From positions 1 through 63,495 of the IMG/VR virus record IMGVR_UViG_3300049203_000046: a DNA stretch of 63,495 nt; one strand, 5' to 3'. Each line of letters opens with the position of its first letter. The stretch's first letter is position 1. The stretch comes from a virus. Lineage: Duplodnaviria > Caudoviricetes. The notes under the pieces were generated by a model. The model did not search any database and was not told the DNA's origin. It saw nothing but the letters and a program-made list of their open reading frames with translations. Positions 27,901 to 35,939 of the stretch are shown here, piece by piece. The translations under genes and the position numbers were made by a program.

Positions 27901-30900
27901 GTGGCCTTCGACTTCTTGTTGACCAGAATGGTGCTGGTCTTCAGGTCGAGCGCCATATCGGGGATCGCTTCGGAGACCGCGATCTTCGGAGCCATGCCAT
28001 CGGCCAGGCGACCGAGCAGGTCGACCATGGGAGCCATCACGTCGTGCGGCACCTTGGCGAAGATGGTCTTCACGCTCTTGATGGCGGCGTCACGAAGCGG
28101 CTCGGCCCGGCGGAAGCCGTTCGGAGCGATGATGTCTTCGACGTCGGCGATGGCCTTCAGCAGGCTGACCGACTGCGCCGTTACGCCAGGGAGAGGCGTG
28201 CGGTGCACGAGATCGGAGAGAGCGATGACGTCCTTGCCGGTGAAGTTCTCGCGCAGCGTCATGAGGCCAAGCAGCGGATCGACGCCCGGCGCGGACGCCA
28301 TGGCCATGATCGCATCGTTTACGCGGTTGGCTGCCTCCTGAAGCTTCGGCACCAGAGACGGGGTGAAGCCTTCGGCGCTGAGTTCCTCGACCTTCGGCGG
28401 CTTGACCGTCACACGGCGCGCATTCTCGAACTTCTCGGCAAAGCCCGTGCGAGCACGCTCAAGCCCGACCTTGTTCTTCGGCGTGGACTTGTCGTGGTAT
28501 TCGACCGTCCAGTCGTCGGGGCTCGACTTGCCATAGATGTTCTTGGCTGTCTGGCCGGCTTCGATCTGCTTGTCGGTGGGGACGCGGACGTCGCCGGTCT
28601 TCTTGTTGATGAAGAAGGCGCGAAGGCCATCCTTCTCAAGCGCCGGCAGACCGGAGGTGCTGACGGGCAGTTCGGGCAGGATCGTCTTGGCTCCTGCGAT
28701 TTCGGCGAGCGACTGGAGGAAATCGATGTAGCCCATCGACTCCGCGTTCGTCGGCGCAGAGCGGCCAACCTTGATCGCATTGTCGACGCTGGCGGCGCGA
28801 GCCGGCGCGCGTTCCTTGCGGTTCGACATCGAGGCCCGCATGCTCGACATGACGTCGACCATGACGGACGGCATCTGGTCTCCGCTGAACGGCAGGTTCG
28901 CGTCCTTGGCCGCGTTGCGCCAATCGGAGAAGATCTTGCCGGAGCGGCCAGAGACGTAGACTACGTCGCCCTTGGTCGGCTTGTTCTTGGAGTCGCGGAC
29001 GCGCTCGAAGCCGTTGGCCACGAATGGCATGACGGATGAGCGAACAAAGGCGCGGCCCTCCTTCTTGGCCGTCTCGCGGATCTCGTTCCAGTTCCGCTGG
29101 AGATCGTCGGACCCGTCGCTGAGCTGGGCAAGATCCTTCTTCGAGAGCGAGCGCTCGGACATCAGCTCTTCCGGCGTCAGCTTGCGGCCAAGCTTCAGCT
29201 CGATCTGCGCGAGCTTCTCGTTCAGCTCGTAGGAGCGCGAGGCGAGCTGTCGCGCCTTATCGAACTTGAAGGTGGCCGCGTTCGGCGCAGCGCCTTGGAT
29301 CGAATAGGTCGAGCCGTCGTCGGCTGCCTTGTCCACAAACTCCTGGCCGGGACGAAGCATGGCCTGAAGCTTGATGATCGGGTTGCCCTCGGCGTCGAGC
29401 GGGATCGGCGACGCCTTCTGCATGCGAGGATCGAGAGAGGCCACGTCCTTCTTGGACTGCGCGGTGCGAGCGCGATAGACCTCGTAGCCGGCGGCACGGT
29501 GAGCGGCTTCTTCGCTGAAGCCCTGCTTCGTGAACTCGTCGACAAAGTCGAAATACTGCGCGCGCTCTGCCTTGTCGCGCGGCTTCATCTCGCCTGTGGC
29601 CTGAACCTCCGGCTTATTCTCGACTGACTTGATAGTCTTAACGTCGCCGCTGACCTTGATGCCGGGCCGATCCGTGCTCGGAGCCTTGAACGACTTGCCG
29701 TCACCGAGCTGCGAACGATACACGTCCATGAGAGCGGCAACGTCGGCGTCTGAATATGCGCCCTTGAGGACGTCGCGGTTGTAGCTCGCGATCATGTTGC
29801 GGACCACTTCCGGGTCGGCGAGCGCCGCCTGGATGCTATCCTTTGGCACCTTCATCTCGGCCATCTTGGTCTGAGCATCGCTCAGGACTTCGATGAGCTG
29901 ATTGACCGAATTGACGAAGGTGTCGGACGCGCCATTGTTGGTGACATGGGCGTCGATGTCGGACTGGATGATGAGGCCATCCGGGCGGGACGCCTTCACC
30001 TCGGCAAGGTCAACGCCGAGCTTGGCCGCGCGCTCCTTCGCGCCACGGGATGCCTTCACTGGCGTCGCCGCGATATCGGCTGTCGAAGCCGTGACGGGCA
30101 TCGGCTTGGCCACTGGCGTCTCTTCAGCAGCGACGCCAGGCTTCTCGGTCTTTACCTTCGATGCGTCGAGCTTGACGCCGGACGGCTTGGTGACTTGTTC
30201 GGTGACTTGTTCAGTAGCGGCCGCTTCGGTCTCAGCCTTGGCAGCAGCCTCCTTGGCCATGGCTTTCGCCTCGGCCTCCATGGCGGCCTGCTCTTCGAGG
30301 ATACGGTCTGCATCGGCAGAGCTGACCTGATCGTCGGTGAGGCGAGCCTGGTTCTTGGTCGCTGCGTCGGTGCGCGCTGCGAGCTGGCCGGTGTCCTTGG
30401 CGACAACGCCCTCTGCGGCAGCCATTGTGCTGGCGTCGTTGGCGACGATCTTGGCGCGCTGCTTGAGCGCGGCGCGGCGCGCAGCTTCATCGAGGGAGCC
30501 ATCTTCCTGAGCGAAGCGTCGACCTTCTTCGAGCAGCTGCTTGTTGGCCACGCGCTCCTGAATGAACGCGGAGATGTCCTCGGGGACATTGCTGGCCATC
30601 ACCTCCTCGAACCGGGCACGGTCCTCGGCGAGCTGGCGCACCATCTCCATGCCCTGCGCGCGCTTGGCCTGATCAGGGTCGATGAGAAGTTCTTCGACGA
30701 TCTTCTGCCGGCGCTCCAGAGAGGCCGGGAACTGGCGCGCCGCTTCGAGAGTGGCGATCTGGTCGAGGGTCTCGTTGATCTGGTCGTCGAGTTCGCCAAC
30801 GCCATCGACGCCGATCTCATTGTCGGCGCGCAGGTTGGTGAGCTTCTGGCGGAGTTCGGAGAGGTTGTCGTTGAGCGGCCCAAGGTGAGACGCGATGCGG

Positions 30901-31877
30901 ATCTCTCGCTTCTGGTCCTCAGCCTGCTTGGCTGCCTGGATCGGGTCGACCGGCGGGTTGAGCGCGTCTTGCTCAGCCTGCTTCATCGCCTCGATGCCCT
31001 GGCGATAGATGTCGGGCTCCATCTGCTGGAGACGCTGGAGACCTCCCTCCTCATCAAGGAGCGAACTGATCTCGGCCTCCGAGTAACCCTTGGCCTTCAG
31101 GCCCTCGACAACGCGCTGGCCACGGAAGCCGCCGATAGCGCCGCCGATGGTGCCGAAGATGCCGCCGAGGCCGGCAGAGAGCGCCGCGCTCGACGCTGCG
31201 CTTTCGAGCACACGGGTCGCGGATGTCTCATCTGATAGGCCAAGCTCTTGCTCGACGCTCTGTTGGCCAATATCGGAGATGGCTCCTGTGATCGCGCCTT
31301 CGGCAGCGCCAACCTTTGCGGCCTGCACGAGACCGCGACGAGCGCCGGCCGTGATGCCTGCGCGAGCGCCGGCCACGAATGGAGACGCCATACCGCCGGA
31401 GACAGCCTCGACGCCGCCGAGCACCCAATTGACCGGGTCGGTGACGATAGCGCCGGCAATGGACGGGAGGGCCTCGGAGACGGAACGGCCATCCTTATTG
31501 AAGATGGTCGGTGCGTTCTGCATCGCGATGTGGAGGCGGCTGGCGCGCAGCATGGCCTCGTCGGTCTTGGAGTTCCGAGCCAGATCCGACTGAGAGCCGT
31601 AGGTCAGGAAGAATGAGCCAAGCGTGTTGAGGTCACGATAGTTCGAGCTATCGTGCAGCATCGCATCGAGTTCTTCGTCGGTCTTGTCGTTGATGCCGCG
31701 CTCAGCGAAGAAGCCGCGCAGGTCGTTCAGATACTGAGCGTCGCGTAGGCGGTTCTTGTAATCGAAGCTTTCGTATTGGCCTTTGGCCATGACCCCCGTG
31801 TTTGCAGGGCGGTCGAGAGGCTGGCCAGGCTGCCAGCTCAGCAGGTAGTCGAGATCGTCGGCCAACGGAAGCTCCAT
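21921..31877 (-). CDS. Giant internal virion/ejection (polyvalent) protein, 3318 aa
   Basis: Last gene of the structural module. Gly/Ala-rich N-terminus, PSBD-like segment, HEIGH..EFFAE zincin motif. Confidence 0.8.
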   Translation of the reverse strand: MELPLADDLDYLLSWQPGQPLDRPANTGVMAKGQYESFDYKNRLRDAQYLNDLRGFFAERGINDKTDEELDAMLHDSSNYRDLNTLGSFFLTYGSQSDLARNSKTDEAMLRASRLHIAMQNAPTIFNKDGRSVSEALPSIAGAIVTDPVNWVLGGVEAVSGGMASPFVAGARAGITAGARRGLVQAAKVGAAEGAITGAISDIGQQSVEQELGLSDETSATRVLESAASSAALSAGLGGIFGTIGGAIGGFRGQRVVEGLKAKGYSEAEISSLLDEEGGLQRLQQMEPDIYRQGIEAMKQAEQDALNPPVDPIQAAKQAEDQKREIRIASHLGPLNDNLSELRQKLTNLRADNEIGVDGVGELDDQINETLDQIATLEAARQFPASLERRQKIVEELLIDPDQAKRAQGMEMVRQLAEDRARFEEVMASNVPEDISAFIQERVANKQLLEEGRRFAQEDGSLDEAARRAALKQRAKIVANDASTMAAAEGVVAKDTGQLAARTDAATKNQARLTDDQVSSADADRILEEQAAMEAEAKAMAKEAAAKAETEAAATEQVTEQVTKPSGVKLDASKVKTEKPGVAAEETPVAKPMPVTASTADIAATPVKASRGAKERAAKLGVDLAEVKASRPDGLIIQSDIDAHVTNNGASDTFVNSVNQLIEVLSDAQTKMAEMKVPKDSIQAALADPEVVRNMIASYNRDVLKGAYSDADVAALMDVYRSQLGDGKSFKAPSTDRPGIKVSGDVKTIKSVENKPEVQATGEMKPRDKAERAQYFDFVDEFTKQGFSEEAAHRAAGYEVYRARTAQSKKDVASLDPRMQKASPIPLDAEGNPIIKLQAMLRPGQEFVDKAADDGSTYSIQGAAPNAATFKFDKARQLASRSYELNEKLAQIELKLGRKLTPEELMSERSLSKKDLAQLSDGSDDLQRNWNEIRETAKKEGRAFVRSSVMPFVANGFERVRDSKNKPTKGDVVYVSGRSGKIFSDWRNAAKDANLPFSGDQMPSVMVDVMSSMRASMSNRKERAPARAASVDNAIKVGRSAPTNAESMGYIDFLQSLAEIAGAKTILPELPVSTSGLPALEKDGLRAFFINKKTGDVRVPTDKQIEAGQTAKNIYGKSSPDDWTVEYHDKSTPKNKVGLERARTGFAEKFENARRVTVKPPKVEELSAEGFTPSLVPKLQEAANRVNDAIMAMASAPGVDPLLGLMTLRENFTGKDVIALSDLVHRTPLPGVTAQSVSLLKAIADVEDIIAPNGFRRAEPLRDAAIKSVKTIFAKVPHDVMAPMVDLLGRLADGMAPKIAVSEAIPDMALDLKTSTILVNKKSKATVPQSFSFFHEIGHWAHMNLLSARDRAEFWEWAANNLTSEASVRKSLGIAPAGKIDPSQAQLADHLTKYFSNPAEFFAESFARWATARLDSASNPKMWQRFARIIKGIYDTVVGRKYMVDRDLEKLFLKVMPDRQADEVAENIDALQAGHLTPEESIPDLSPSASEMQPITSDPSIAARPNYMSLPMDELLAMGDQSRAPFIQKLKQVSAAVDDAMELWQKAEDSLDPAAAVEAYRSSMRLLIGSTTSLEEKRRLLANVARSKKTQVEPLYSQSDEPFGPFNRYLDIVPRSKKMRRMLSLARRGQVQAMDENDLVNLGDMPDVVSGVEAIEAGLSTDDDSKAAKALLSVFRGEDGKEKAGFLRMLTDMREALNTAYEQSGIIPQGKLDDGDVLPKEVRQYSVGRFNAISIGDVFKRSDTRGNQWTVEDVSADQVVTFRDLNGQILQVKGNEIDAFTRYKGGSNGRQVEELRKRRVAAAQNARAALKRARIDEARRRANERIAALGQTIEANPAAASSKELATDDLLRRVTSNTELAEDASDEVVRRELAVAHVPEGIKATDIDDALEGVKSMREKILNGDDTTDGDVAAVAATTKVQMTPRSKSVNNAIRAEILENRGSIESADIGVPPSATPIVTALLQNIEHRSRRVKYAARTLAYRALRMEHNGVNDKAITLTPDSEEWRALRGRVKGLAEAYTAGGDMDRLVDRTVALIYDTSPALKAELDALDYSVADAVELMQSTLGMIDRRIEPGERRIASELFDRFGYLLNGLIENGSVRNALHRATYFGDMLSTERVADNLGLSELTTGQLVKFGDLSIDKVGVDPSILARAGFNEIGIVRGSQFLDDDSIPVDFDLVRSPFDGFTSYLDLPVAGFEKTKSGKPRKRTSIANMPASAFGGQERKALAVLTAHKADKVRDAIMAAPADKREGLLRSLDDHLNVLAELGVSVPTFSIVAMKAKTPFKLATVIDNPKMVKQLRDSVVDAVEEGEIPEAVGKKIDAVLSSFKLGQSNEQLVGELDKVLTGDFSSADFIQTLGHDSMLDKYGRVSKVFDRSQIAPVRDFMDQLFYAPRMQFDDTLESPVGRAMNLSLLAPEPTLKNFTPPPGFVMANKADEHGLKHWLLNFSRNRVPRRSDALTPLRMKHRFLGMNSERMRSAGMVTLGNWFEDHFPWVQQEFARRILGTKSAPGPLRAIRTLPDAPSAVKRWLASSTGRNIVPESHTRLLNALWEPTNPRHEAKLTGEERAALKSIRDSLSKAFFDLRDAGVMMGSRGKNYFPQIWSQTAIRKEPDKAIDAFAKYFEIEAIRMGRPVEQSTLRDQATKVVAKLAEVDDQSMWDPDAHSLTTGAAENLDYARKISLDQYPEALKYLKPFLEQDLESYLVRYFDQVAHRLSLAKKFGFRNHAFGDYMGVVTRGRDGIAHLLSSRRTQEHSTFAVTPEDGPVDVSFVETYPMPFEDRPHMAVAAADEVIEIYNKLGRQQARKYLMDLAIPDPTRKDGPSAVYERRVDAIVDALSDFGGDAQNITSQDGRFLVNSMKVAARRPLISDTTYMVKAAKNLRAFNALTLLSYTTIASLGDALLPVVRSGRIRTSFRAWGKYMSDPDYRDAMKNVGASIESLLHNRMTHMTGTPANRLTSAFFNATGLTPWTDEMRAVGTAVGLEAFKVAQKKALNAFNPSLPIQQQSTPFRQNYRFLKRYGLESFATNRKTIDAPEAVETDQVRVALMKFVDDAVFSPNPDDVPLWAQTPWGAVMFQLKTFPTMMGRMAREVLYDDIRLAINDRLGRPFDVSDIRGTGNTKRALYLLSLMPLVGYGTNALMDVVRGRGGDGQDREKQERTLSKYMRSFPGYDKNYQQRFGSLEQIVDRETLDAFAGQYIAGFFSASGLGIIAGMFTDAATQAENGAFGTERMISTVFGPSAGTGISAWHVMQGALDGNERSTYPERTAMREALRRIPVLGGQNPIVESIIDEAIPKSQRRSNATAKNAPKLYSED

Positions 31878-31934
31878 CGTTTGCCAAGGCTATGATGCGC
31901 GACCATGCCTTGGCAGCCGATGGAGATCGTCCGG

Positions 31935-34412
31935 TTATTGCTGGAACTGCTGGCGCAGATCGTTGTAGTCGATGCCGCCTTCCGGCGAGAGCGGCTCGTT
32001 CTCGTCGAGCGGGTGATCGTTCGTTGTCAGGTTCTTGATCAGCTTACCGACCGGCGACTTGCTGAACCGCTTGCCGACGTCTTCCATATGCTCTTCGGTG
32101 CTGCTCTGCTGGAGGCGCGGGCTCTGGCCAATCAGCTGGTCTTCCGGGCGCACACCGAGGTTCACGGTGATGTTGGTGCCGTTCTTCTGGACGGCCTCGA
32201 TGCGCGCGAGCGTAGCCTTCAGACGATCCGTCAGCTCGGTGCGGACCTTGGCCAGGTCTTCGCTCGTGATCTCGCCATCGGTCGACCAGTATTGCGACTT
32301 GGCGGCAGCGCCTTGGATCTGCTGGATCGTGGCTCCGGTGAGCTGCTTGGCGGCCAGCAAGAGATCGTTGATCTCATTGTTGAACGCCTGCGTCGCGGCC
32401 AGCGTGTCGGAGTTGTTGAACGACGCGGTCGGATGACGGGTCTGCTCGCGGCGGTACTGGCCCATGAAGGAGGTGAGCTTGGCATAGCTCTCCTGGATTT
32501 TCTGGTCGATCTGGTCGAGCTTGGCGATTGTCTGCCTTGGCGCGTCGGAGATGATCGGTTTCTTGCTGCCACGACGGTCGCCATAGGGGAAGCCAAGGCG
32601 AACTGCGCGCTCGGCCTCGGCCTGCGAAGAGACTTCGAGCTTGCCGCCGGTCTGGCGCATGATCTCGTTGTACATCTCGATGGGGTTGTTGTTGTGCTCT
32701 TCCGCAAAGTCGCGGGTCATGAACGGAGCGAGCACGGCCACGCCATCGGCGGTGAGCACGCGCGAGCTGTCCGGTCCATAGAGGACGGACTGCACGAGGA
32801 CGTTGAGCGCCGCTGCGCTCGGGTCTTCGACGCCCTCCGTGTCGCTGCGGACGTTGGCTGCGACGAGCGCGGCGAGCGCCTTCTTGTTGTTCTCGGTCGC
32901 CTCGCCAGACACCTTCTTGACCTGCTCCTTGAGCTGGGCGGACTGCTGGACGAGCTGAGCGGAGCGGACGCTGTCGACGCGCTGCGCCAGGCGGTCGATT
33001 GCCGTCTTGACGTCGGCCGGAGCTGGGTCGCGGCCAAGGCGGGAGCGCATCTCATCGGTGACGCGAGCCGTGATGTCGTTGGCTTTGATGTCGCCGTTCA
33101 CGACTTGGCCAACGAAGAGTTCATCCTTGAGCAGCGAGTCCACGGTCTGGAACGTGGCCGACGTGTCCTCCTTGCGGTTGGTCTCGCGGCGGCGCGTCGC
33201 CCACTGCTGGACGCTGCGTTCGTAGGCGTCCTTAGCCTGGGCCTGAAGCTCGGGATCGGCAAAGGTCGGCACCGACGGAAGCGCCGAGATCGGTGCGGTC
33301 GGATCTGCCAGGACTTGGCTGATGTCGCGCTTGTAGTCGCTGAGCTGCGCACGGTCGGCGGCAAGCTTCTTTTCGCGCAGGGCTTCCTTCGCTTTCGATA
33401 GCGTCGAGTTGGCCACGAAATTGATATAGTTGTCGTCGGGCTCCATGCCCCGAGTGCGCGCCGATTGACGCAGGAAGTCCTTGAAGGCCGCGACCTTATT
33501 GGGATCTTCGGCCATGGACTGTAGGTACATGGGGTCGTTGGCGTAGAGCGAGGCAGCCTCGGTCACGGCAGAGCGGGACTTCTCGGTCGCCGCATCTTTC
33601 TGAAGCTTCTTGCGCGCCTCGTAGTACGGCTTCACACGGCGCTCCGCCTCGGCCAGATCCTGGCCTTCGAGGGACGGCAGCGAGTATTCTCCAGTGGCGT
33701 CGATCTGCTTCTGCGCATCGGAGACGGCACTATCGAGCAGCTCGCGACGCTTCGTCTCGCGGCGCTCCTTGTCCTTCTCGCGTGCACCCTTCAGCATCTC
33801 GGTCATGATGTTGAGGCGCGGACCCTTCACGGTCGGGTCGAGGCCCGGCACGAGCGTGGCCAGCTCCTGATCGGTGAGGTTCGGGTTCGCTTCGATGAGC
33901 TTCTCGACCATCGGCAGGTTCTTCTGGAACAGCTCGTCGCGCTGCCGCTGGCGGATCGACTGGAAGCCGGACGGGTACTGACGTTTCACCTGATCGAGGA
34001 TGCCGGCGGTGTTCTGGTCCTTGGGGTCGTAGCCAAGGGCGGTCGCGATCTGCTCGGTCAGCTTGTTGTCGTCGTCGGTGTCGAGCGCGTAGGTATTGGC
34101 CAAGGCGTCAAGCTGGCCAGAGAGCTGGGCCTGAGCCTGAAGCAGCTGCATGTTGGACATCATGCGCTTCTGCATGTACTCGGCTTGACGGTCCTGAGCC
34201 AAGCGCTCCATGATCTGATCGGTCGGCAGGCCACCACGAAGGTAGCTGTTGCCCTCCGAGACCTCGAAGGCGTAGCGGCGATAGTCCTCGGCCGAGGCGT
34301 TCGGATACATCTCCATGAACTGCATGAACGCTTGACGCGCCTCAGCACGGCGGGCGCGCCAGCGCTCCTCCGCCTGTACCGCGCCAGTGTACATATCAGC
34401 TGGACCACCCAT
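31935..34412 (-). CDS. Putative internal virion protein (825 aa)
   Basis: Helical, Q/A/E-rich. Position matches a podovirus ejection cluster. Confidence 0.7.
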   Translation of the reverse strand: MGGPADMYTGAVQAEERWRARRAEARQAFMQFMEMYPNASAEDYRRYAFEVSEGNSYLRGGLPTDQIMERLAQDRQAEYMQKRMMSNMQLLQAQAQLSGQLDALANTYALDTDDDNKLTEQIATALGYDPKDQNTAGILDQVKRQYPSGFQSIRQRQRDELFQKNLPMVEKLIEANPNLTDQELATLVPGLDPTVKGPRLNIMTEMLKGAREKDKERRETKRRELLDSAVSDAQKQIDATGEYSLPSLEGQDLAEAERRVKPYYEARKKLQKDAATEKSRSAVTEAASLYANDPMYLQSMAEDPNKVAAFKDFLRQSARTRGMEPDDNYINFVANSTLSKAKEALREKKLAADRAQLSDYKRDISQVLADPTAPISALPSVPTFADPELQAQAKDAYERSVQQWATRRRETNRKEDTSATFQTVDSLLKDELFVGQVVNGDIKANDITARVTDEMRSRLGRDPAPADVKTAIDRLAQRVDSVRSAQLVQQSAQLKEQVKKVSGEATENNKKALAALVAANVRSDTEGVEDPSAAALNVLVQSVLYGPDSSRVLTADGVAVLAPFMTRDFAEEHNNNPIEMYNEIMRQTGGKLEVSSQAEAERAVRLGFPYGDRRGSKKPIISDAPRQTIAKLDQIDQKIQESYAKLTSFMGQYRREQTRHPTASFNNSDTLAATQAFNNEINDLLLAAKQLTGATIQQIQGAAAKSQYWSTDGEITSEDLAKVRTELTDRLKATLARIEAVQKNGTNITVNLGVRPEDQLIGQSPRLQQSSTEEHMEDVGKRFSKSPVGKLIKNLTTNDHPLDENEPLSPEGGIDYNDLRQQFQQ

Positions 34413-34416
34413 GTCT

Positions 34417-35928
34417 TTACCTCATCCAGGGGTTAAAGCCATTCCAGCCCGGCGTAGACTGGACGGCAGGCTGCGCGCCCATCGCGCCGTAGGGATTGGC
34501 TGCCGGCGGCCGGTAGGTGCTGCTGCGCGACAGATCGACCATGGCACCGCCAATGGCGCTGAAGCCAGCACCCATCTGGTCCATGCCCATCTGCATGTAG
34601 GTTGCCGGCGTGTACTGCTGGGCAATCGAGCCGATGAGCGAGGAGGCGTTCGACATGAAGGGTGCGGGACCAGTGAGGTTCCACATCTGCGGCTGGAACT
34701 GGTTGTAGTCGCCAGTGATGACGTAGGCGTCGGCCACGGACGGCATGTTGAGGGTCGCGCCCATGCGGGACGACATGCCGGTCGGCGCGAAGATCGACGA
34801 GCCGACGCCGATTGGCGCGGCGTACTGGTTGGCCGATTTCACGTCGCGGATCACGTTGCCGGTGCCGATGCCGACCGGGGCCTGATAGGCGTTGGCCGAT
34901 AGCGCGCCACGGTTCTGTGTGAGGCCCTGGATGATCGGCGCGTAGACCGAGCTGATCTCCTCGAAGGTCCGGCCGCGCGCCGCCACCTGACGCTGGAAAG
35001 CCTGATCCTTCAGGCCCTCCTTGCCAGTGATGTAAGCCATAGCCTGGTTGCGTGCAGCCAGCCTTGCATTGTCGTAATCCAGAGCCAGCTTTCGGGCCAC
35101 TTCAGCTCGGCGCATTTCGCCTGCTGTAGAGCGAGCCATACCGCTGTCGATGAGAGATGCTTCCGCCTGTGAAGCGACCCGGTCTGCGGCACGGTCGACG
35201 TTCGAAATCGCGTTGTTCTCGTAGCGAGAAACGGTGCTTGCGATCTCTTCTTCCGATGGGCCGGCAGGCGCATATAGGGCTCCCATTCCGCTGTAAGCTG
35301 TTTGAAGGGCTTCGCCCATCTCGCTGAGCTGGGCCATGATCCGGTCGCGGTAGTTCAGATCGTCGACCCGCTCTCCGGCGGCGATGGCCTGTGCGTTGCG
35401 CAGCTCGCCGATGGCGAAGTCGCGTTCCTGCTGAGCAGTCAACCGCTCCATGCGGAGCCGGATCAGATCTTCGTCGCGCTCGCCGCTTGCGACCTGACGT
35501 GCGCTGTCGAGGTAGGCCAGAGCGGTCTCCCGCTCCTCCTTGGCCAAATTGGTGTTGCGGAGATAGGCTTCGAGTTCGAGCGCATATTGCTCGGCCTGCG
35601 CCTTGTCGATCTGCACCTGACGGTCGACGACATACTGGCGCTCAGCCTGATAGGCGGCCAAGCGCTGCTTGCGCTGACCCTCTATCTTGGCGCGCTCGAT
35701 GGCCTGATTGAGTTCGTTCCGGCGGTTATATTCCTTGACGTACTCAGTCTGCTCTTTCTCCATGGCCAGCTGGTCGAGAGCCAGGCCATAGTTGAGCATG
35801 CCAAAATCGCGCTGCTGGTTCAGAGCCTCACGCTTGAGGGCGAGTTCCTGCATGCCAAGGGCGTACTGCTGTCCGCCCATGATGATGGAACCGATACCTC
35901 CGATAAGGCCGAGCGCCGCCGAAAACAT
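34417..35928 (-). CDS. Putative internal virion/DNA-ejection protein (503 aa)
   Basis: N-terminal Gly-rich hydrophobic segment (ALGLIGGIGSIIMGG) and coiled coil. Confidence 0.7.
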   Translation of the reverse strand: MFSAALGLIGGIGSIIMGGQQYALGMQELALKREALNQQRDFGMLNYGLALDQLAMEKEQTEYVKEYNRRNELNQAIERAKIEGQRKQRLAAYQAERQYVVDRQVQIDKAQAEQYALELEAYLRNTNLAKEERETALAYLDSARQVASGERDEDLIRLRMERLTAQQERDFAIGELRNAQAIAAGERVDDLNYRDRIMAQLSEMGEALQTAYSGMGALYAPAGPSEEEIASTVSRYENNAISNVDRAADRVASQAEASLIDSGMARSTAGEMRRAEVARKLALDYDNARLAARNQAMAYITGKEGLKDQAFQRQVAARGRTFEEISSVYAPIIQGLTQNRGALSANAYQAPVGIGTGNVIRDVKSANQYAAPIGVGSSIFAPTGMSSRMGATLNMPSVADAYVITGDYNQFQPQMWNLTGPAPFMSNASSLIGSIAQQYTPATYMQMGMDQMGAGFSAIGGAMVDLSRSSTYRPPAANPYGAMGAQPAVQSTPGWNGFNPWMR

Positions 35929-35939
35929 TCGTCACCTCA

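Noticed and set aside
21921-31877. N4-like virion RNA polymerase
   Set aside because: Size is similar, but no T7-like RNAP motifs were recognised and the genome lacks N4-type RNAP and DNA polymerase genes.
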